This document shows, piece after piece, positions 59,219-64,000 of a stretch of DNA of 64,000 bases. Position 1 is the stretch's first letter. Each line of letters opens with the position of its first letter. The stretch comes from an uncultured Planctomycetota bacterium (GTDB lineage: Bacteria > Planctomycetota > Planctomycetia > Isosphaerales > Isosphaeraceae): positions 704,001 through 768,000 of the forward strand of contig CAWGMQ010000006.1 in NCBI GenBank assembly GCA_963823665.1. Reading direction: 5' to 3'. Made by a program: the position numbers and the translations under genes. The notes below the pieces were generated by a model. That model was not told where the DNA came from, did no database searches, and saw only the letters and a program-made list of their open reading frames with translations.

Positions 59219-60211
59219 TCACCCAGACCTCGCCAGCACTCTCTCGCGGTTCTCCGCCGTGCGGCCGCGCGGTCGAGGGAGAGGGACGGGAGCTTGCTGG
59301 AACAGATCCGCAGGTAAGAACGACGCACACCCGACCAGCATGATCAGCCCGAATGTCCACATTCCCAGGCAGGCGCCAATGCCGACATGCAGCACCAGGG
59401 CTCCAGCCAGCACCAGCGGCCTGAAGCGCTTCTGCCAGATGAACACGCAGAACGAGATTTCCCACAAGATCGAGACATGCGACATCGCGTTGACGACCCG
59501 CGGATGCCACGCTAGCCAGGTCATGTCGAGAGACTGGTACTCGAGATTGGCAAACGCCCGCCACATCGCCTCGCCGTCCCACCAGGAGGGGCCCTGCAGC
59601 TTGGAGACGCCCGCAAAGAAATAGATAACGCACATATGCACCTGGATCAACCGGATGGCGAGATTGGCGCCCGCCGAGGCCGCGGCGGGGGCGGTCGAGC
59701 CGGACCGCTTTCGTGCGAGCCATCGGTCTAGAGAGAAGGCTGCACCGCTGGGGCCGATCGCCAGGTACAGGTTCAGCATGATGTTGATCTGGTCGAGGCC
59801 AAACAGCGCGGCCGGAACTCGATTGGCATACGACACCGCGGCCAGAAGCGAGAGAATCGAGGTGACGCGAGTGAACAGGCCGAGTGTGAAGAGAACGAAC
59901 ACCACCATCGAAAGGGCGTAGGCGGCCCAGATCCAGCCATCCGGCACGAGGTACCAGAATGAGTAGTGGTACTGGTTTTCGTGCATGCGTCGCACGAGCG
60001 CCGGGCTCAGCCAGCCAGTCGAGCTGAAGAATTCGCGAAGCGCCAGGCCCCAGACCGCATGAGTGTAAACCAGCATGAGGCCGGTCATGATCCGGATCAC
60101 GCCGAGGAGCGCCGGATTGGCCGGCGTGTACCAGAACTTGTTCCAGTCGGCAGCCACCGACTGTGCCGTCTGGGTGAAATAACGGGCCGCGAGTCTCAGT
60201 GGACCTTGCAT
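59219..60211 (-). CDS. HTTM-domain membrane protein (SdpB / vitamin-K-carboxylase-like N-terminal family)
   Basis: WNKFW..LGVIRI, LGLFTR, NR..LFGLD, SLDRW, LIQVHMCVIYFFAGVSKLQGPSWWDG, WEISF, H.GI...GMWTF. Confidence 0.88.
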   Translation of the reverse strand: MQGPLRLAARYFTQTAQSVAADWNKFWYTPANPALLGVIRIMTGLMLVYTHAVWGLALREFFSSTGWLSPALVRRMHENQYHYSFWYLVPDGWIWAAYALSMVVFVLFTLGLFTRVTSILSLLAAVSYANRVPAALFGLDQINIMLNLYLAIGPSGAAFSLDRWLARKRSGSTAPAAASAGANLAIRLIQVHMCVIYFFAGVSKLQGPSWWDGEAMWRAFANLEYQSLDMTWLAWHPRVVNAMSHVSILWEISFCVFIWQKRFRPLVLAGALVLHVGIGACLGMWTFGLIMLVGCASFLPADLFQQAPVPLPRPRGRTAENRERVLARSG

Positions 60212-60834
60212 TTGAAGACCTTTATCGTCTCGCTTCGATAACTCGCCGGATCGGTTAATTTCATGCCGTTCTGAACATCTTCCCGTGTCGGCAGTCCATG
60301 GCGGTGCCCGGTCAGGGTGACTTGCACCGCATGATATTCGTGGCAAAGATGTTCGGCGTAGGAGTCGAGCCAGGCTTGCTGGATCTCTTCGGGCGTATCG
60401 CGCAGCGTGTCCGCAAGGTGCTCGGTCAGCATGAAGTGGCGATGATAGAGGAGGCGCGGCGGGGTCTTACGAGTGGGCATGTAGCCGGTTGCGACTGTTC
60501 CATCGGCTCGCTCGGCCTCGAAGGAGACGAGAAAGCTCTCACTCGGCTCTGGTGCGAAGAAGTGATACCCGTGGTTCAGGTAGACGAGGTCGAGGTATGG
60601 GTGAAAAACATTCCAGGCTGACAGGATCAGCTCGGAAGTGGGCGCGACCGAAGCGGGTGCAATGACGATGGCCGCGAGATGAAAGACCAGCCAGCAATTA
60701 ACGGCCCACCGAAGCACCTTCCAGCGGGTGCCCTGGCGAGCCGTCGGGGTTTCGGTCTGTCCCGCAGGAGCGCTTGACCGAGAGCTCACGTCGGGATCTC
60801 CCACCTTGGATCGATCGGACTGCTGGACCCTCAT
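60196..60834 (-). CDS. DUF5819/SdpA-like partner of HTTM protein
   Basis: TM with FHL, PY..L..GYHFFAPEP motif; stop overlaps the HTTM start; GGAGGGAG RBS. Confidence 0.7.
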   Translation of the reverse strand: MRVQQSDRSKVGDPDVSSRSSAPAGQTETPTARQGTRWKVLRWAVNCWLVFHLAAIVIAPASVAPTSELILSAWNVFHPYLDLVYLNHGYHFFAPEPSESFLVSFEAERADGTVATGYMPTRKTPPRLLYHRHFMLTEHLADTLRDTPEEIQQAWLDSYAEHLCHEYHAVQVTLTGHRHGLPTREDVQNGMKLTDPASYRSETIKVFKCKVH

Positions 60835-60934
60835 CGGGTCAGAGGGCTCCCTCCGTTTTCCCGCGAGGACGATTGCACAAGTATAACTCACACCCGCCAG
60901 GGAGCGGCCCGGCGGGTGTGAAATCACACTTAAC

Positions 60935-61744
60935 TTAATTGCTGGCGACCGTCGTGGCCGGTTCCTGGCCTTCGAAGGCAACCGCGACGAACGCTTCCTG
61001 GCCGGTGGTGACGGTCGTCTGGGCCGTCTTGGTCAGGGTTTTGCCGTCACGAACGACCTCAACCTTGACGGTGTAGAGGTGCGTTTCGCCGGCCTGGATG
61101 GCCGGGGTGACGAAACGGCGCTGCGTCCCTTCGACCGTCATCAGTTGATCCTGGAGATACAGCTTGGCGTCAGCAGGAACATTGATGTTCAGGTACGCGA
61201 CGCCGGTGTTGGCCGGTGCGGCAACCGCAGGCGCTGCATTCTGACTCATGTAGACCTGGCTGCTGGGGTAGCTGACGGCCGCGTAGCCGCCGGCCGATCC
61301 GCCGCCTGACCCACCACTCGACCCGCCGCCGCTCGACCCGTGCGAGAAGAGCTTATGGCCGCCGCCACTCGACCCGCCGCCGCTCGACCCGTGCGAGAAG
61401 AGCTTGTGGCCGCCGCCGGACGACCCGCCACCGCTCGACCCGTGCGAGAAGAGCTTATGGCCGCCGCCACTCGACCCGCCACCGCTCGATCCGTGAGAAA
61501 AGAGCTTGTGGCCGCCGCCTGACGACCCACCACCGCTCGATCCGTGAGAAAAGAGCTTGTGGCCGCCGCCTGACGACCCACCACCGCTCGATCCGTGAGA
61601 AAACAGCTTGTGGCCGCCGCCGGAGGAGCCGCCGCTCGATCCGCCGCTCGAACCGGAGCCGGCCGACGCCGAGCTGGTCACGGCGAAGGTCAATGCCAGG
61701 GCACCCAGGGAGCCCGCGAATGTCGACCAACGAGAACGATTCAT
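60935..61744 (-). CDS. secreted protein with six HKLFSHGSSGGGSSGGG repeats and C-terminal TIGR03000 domain
   Basis: Sec signal ending ASA; domain INVPADAKLY..G..RRFVTP..G..Y.VKVEVVRDGK; GAGG RBS. Confidence 0.88.
   Translation of the reverse strand: MNRSRWSTFAGSLGALALTFAVTSSASAGSGSSGGSSGGSSGGGHKLFSHGSSGGGSSGGGHKLFSHGSSGGGSSGGGHKLFSHGSSGGGSSGGGHKLFSHGSSGGGSSGGGHKLFSHGSSGGGSSGGGHKLFSHGSSGGGSSGGSGGGSAGGYAAVSYPSSQVYMSQNAAPAVAAPANTGVAYLNINVPADAKLYLQDQLMTVEGTQRRFVTPAIQAGETHLYTVKVEVVRDGKTLTKTAQTTVTTGQEAFVAVAFEGQEPATTVASN
61310..61620 (-). repeat. intragenic 51-bp tandem repeat x6
   Basis: Units at about 61350, 61401, 61452, 61503, 61554, 61605; identical peptide, synonymous differences. Confidence 0.9.
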
Positions 61745-62257
61745 TGTGAAAACCTCGATTGTTGCAAGTCGCGACTTGTGAAACAAAACACCAATCCGAG
61801 AAACTACTGCCGATGCTGCTGCAACCCAGAGCCCTTCACCTTCCGGGACGCCGTTCCGAGCGGGATAGACAACGCGTGACCGTGCCCCCACAATGCGCGC
61901 GGCGAGCACCTCAAACAAGGCGCCACCACCAGCCATTCCGTGAAGCAAGAAACACGTGCGATCTTCGGCGTCGGAAGGGGGAACCCAAGCGGTGCAAAAA
62001 GTGAGACCTGATTCGGGGTTCGTGAAGCTGGCTTCTTCTTGCACGTTAATATAAGGGCTCTATGAATGCTACTCTGACTGAGAATACTGGGTATTTTGCA
62101 GTAAGTCAAACGATTAACTGAACTTTGACATCGATTTGGCGGGGTAAGTCGCGTGCTCTTCCGGATAATCGGTAAGATCAGAAAAACCTGTTATTCGGGG
62201 CCTCCTCATCAGGGAGGTACTTAATGGTCAAAACGACTGAAATATCGGGTGAAATTG

Positions 62258-63088
62258 ATGGTTCCGACGATTGAGCAGGTCAGGCAAGCGGCGTACCACC
62301 GATGGACCAAGCGCGGCCGGTTTCATGGGGACGACCACGAAGATTGGCTCGCCGCTCAAGATGAGTTGACCTTCAGCCTCAATTATCAAACGGCAGCCGC
62401 CTATCCGCTCGACGGCCCGGGAGCGCTGATCCTCAATGATCCACGCGGTCGCTACTGCCGGTTCTGCGAACGGACAGCAGCGCAAGTACCGTTCGGAGGC
62501 CCGATGCCTCTGCTCGCCGGTGGCTCGTCGCCTTCGCTCGCGAGCTCGTCGATGTGCAACGAATGCCGGAACGGCTTTCGCGATGCCCAGGCTGACCGGC
62601 TGGAGCGGTTTTGGATGGATCTGGCAGAGGGCGCGGGTCAACGCGATGGAAGCGCCCGAGCCGGACGATCGGCCAATTACTCACTGGCTGTTTTCAAGGC
62701 GCTGGCCGGTTGTGCTCTCCTGATCATGCCGGCAAGCGACCTGAGTTATTTCGTCGATACGCTCGAGTGGGTGGGCAATCCGCACGACGCGAGCGACAGC
62801 CGGCTTCTGGAGCGGGATGCAACGTGCGTGGTCTACCTGGCGCCATTCTGGTCAGAGCGATCTTGGATCTCGCTGGCGCGGCGCATCGAGAAGGACGCTC
62901 CCCTGCCGTACATGGTGTCGTTGCTGGCGGTAGGCGGCGTGCTCATGCAGATCTCGCTCCCCTTGTGCATCCGCGATCAAGACTTGGACGGCCGCTCCGT
63001 GCGCATCCCGCGCCGCTCGTTCACGGAGGGGGAAGGCGAATCGTTCCAGCAGGCTCGGATGCTCGAGTTTGGGCTCGAGCGTGGATGA
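62258..63088 (+). CDS. DUF2934 domain protein fused to a CxxC (HNH-like, degenerate) domain
   Basis: [32 protein letters not shown]. Confidence 0.7.
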   Translation: MVPTIEQVRQAAYHRWTKRGRFHGDDHEDWLAAQDELTFSLNYQTAAAYPLDGPGALILNDPRGRYCRFCERTAAQVPFGGPMPLLAGGSSPSLASSSMCNECRNGFRDAQADRLERFWMDLAEGAGQRDGSARAGRSANYSLAVFKALAGCALLIMPASDLSYFVDTLEWVGNPHDASDSRLLERDATCVVYLAPFWSERSWISLARRIEKDAPLPYMVSLLAVGGVLMQISLPLCIRDQDLDGRSVRIPRRSFTEGEGESFQQARMLEFGLERG

Positions 63089-63106
63089 ACGGACGCCCGC
63101 ACTCCC

Positions 63107-64000
63107 TCACCTGGCTCGCCGCCGAACCGCATACCCGTACGGAACGGGCCAGCTCGGATCCACGCCCAGCTCGTGCTGCGCGTTGAGCGCCCAGTAAGGT
63201 TGGCGCAAGCTCGCGCGCCAGGAAGACCATGTCTGCATCGCCGCCGGTGATGATCTCGTTGGCGTGTGCAGTCTCAGTGATCATTCCGACCGCGCCCGTC
63301 ATGATGCCCGCCTCGCATCGAATCTTCCGCGCAAAGGGCACCTGATAGCCCTTGGCGACCGGAATGCGCACCTTGGGCACGAGCGCGCCGAAGAGACGTC
63401 AATCAAATCAACGCCCAGTGCTTTGAGATGCCGTGCAAGAACGACCGACTGGTCAGCATCCCAGCCGCCAGTTTCCCAATCGGTCGCCGAAATACGCACG
63501 AAGAGCGGTAGACCATCGGGCATCAAACTCCGAATCGCCGCCGCGACCCGTAGAACCAGCCGCATCCGATTCTCGACGCTGCCGCCGTACTTATCCTCGC
63601 GATGATTGCTGAGTGGAGAAAGGAACTCGTGAAGCAGATATCCGTGAGCCGCGTGGATCTCGATCAATCGAAAGCCCGCAGCCAGCGCGCGCCGCGCGGC
63701 AGCTTCGAAAGCGGCAACAACCTCGTCAATCCCGGCACCATCGAGAGGAACGGGAACCGGATCGCTGTCGGCGAATGGGAGGGGGCTCGGCGCGACAACT
63801 GTCCAGCCCCCTTCCGCGGGTGTCTTGAGCCTGGCACCACCTTTCCACGGGAGGTCGCAGCTCGCCTTACGCCCGGCGTGCGCGAGCTGAATGCCCGCGA
63901 CAGCCCCCTGGCTGTTAACAAACCGCGCAATCCTGGCGAGCGGCTCGATATGACGATCATCCCAGATCCCCATGTCGCCCGGCGTGATCCGCCCCTCGGG
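63107..64000 (-). CDS. NADH:flavin oxidoreductase (old yellow enzyme, YqjM/NamA-like), partial; frameshifts near 63385 and 63205
   Basis: [68 protein letters not shown]. Confidence 0.9.

Noticed and set aside
61310..61620. 51-bp repeats as a CRISPR array
   Set aside because: Contiguous in-frame coding repeats with no unique spacers
62029..62043. TGGC..TTGC as a sigma54 promoter
   Set aside because: Spacing is GG-N9-GC, one base short of the strict requirement

Overview
High-GC bacterial DNA with many Planctomycetota hallmarks (DUF1501/DUF1549-DUF1553/WD40 triad, TIGR03000 domain, DUF1559 H-X9-DG remnant, sulfatase, kinase-ATPase-FGE fusion), most like Isosphaeraceae. No rRNA, tRNA or CRISPR array was found. 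1-27 kb is mostly metabolic and signalling: Fpg-like glycosylase, arylsulfatase, M50/CBS protease, an orphan hypF behind a giant poly-HAMP kinase and a second hybrid kinase, an unannotated sigma54-driven 39-aa ORF, and mgtC. 27-59 kb is an accessory region of gene remnants with three large NLR/STAND-like genes: an Apaf-1-like CHAT-NB-ARC-WD40 protein, a SIR2-degenerate STAND-TPR ORF broken by one in-frame TAG, and a kinase-ATPase-FGE/CLec protein. It also holds a group II intron 5' fragment whose EBS1 matches a REP-like target that has an empty copy nearby, and a divergent ribosome recycling factor paralog. At 59-62 kb a secreted TIGR03000 protein with six 17-aa His/Gly/Ser repeats precedes an SdpA-like/SdpB(HTTM)-like pair, a candidate undescribed extracellular peptide-modification system. 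Several conserved genes carry small frameshifts, so sequencing or assembly error must be kept in mind. All family assignments come from motif recognition by eye, not database searches.
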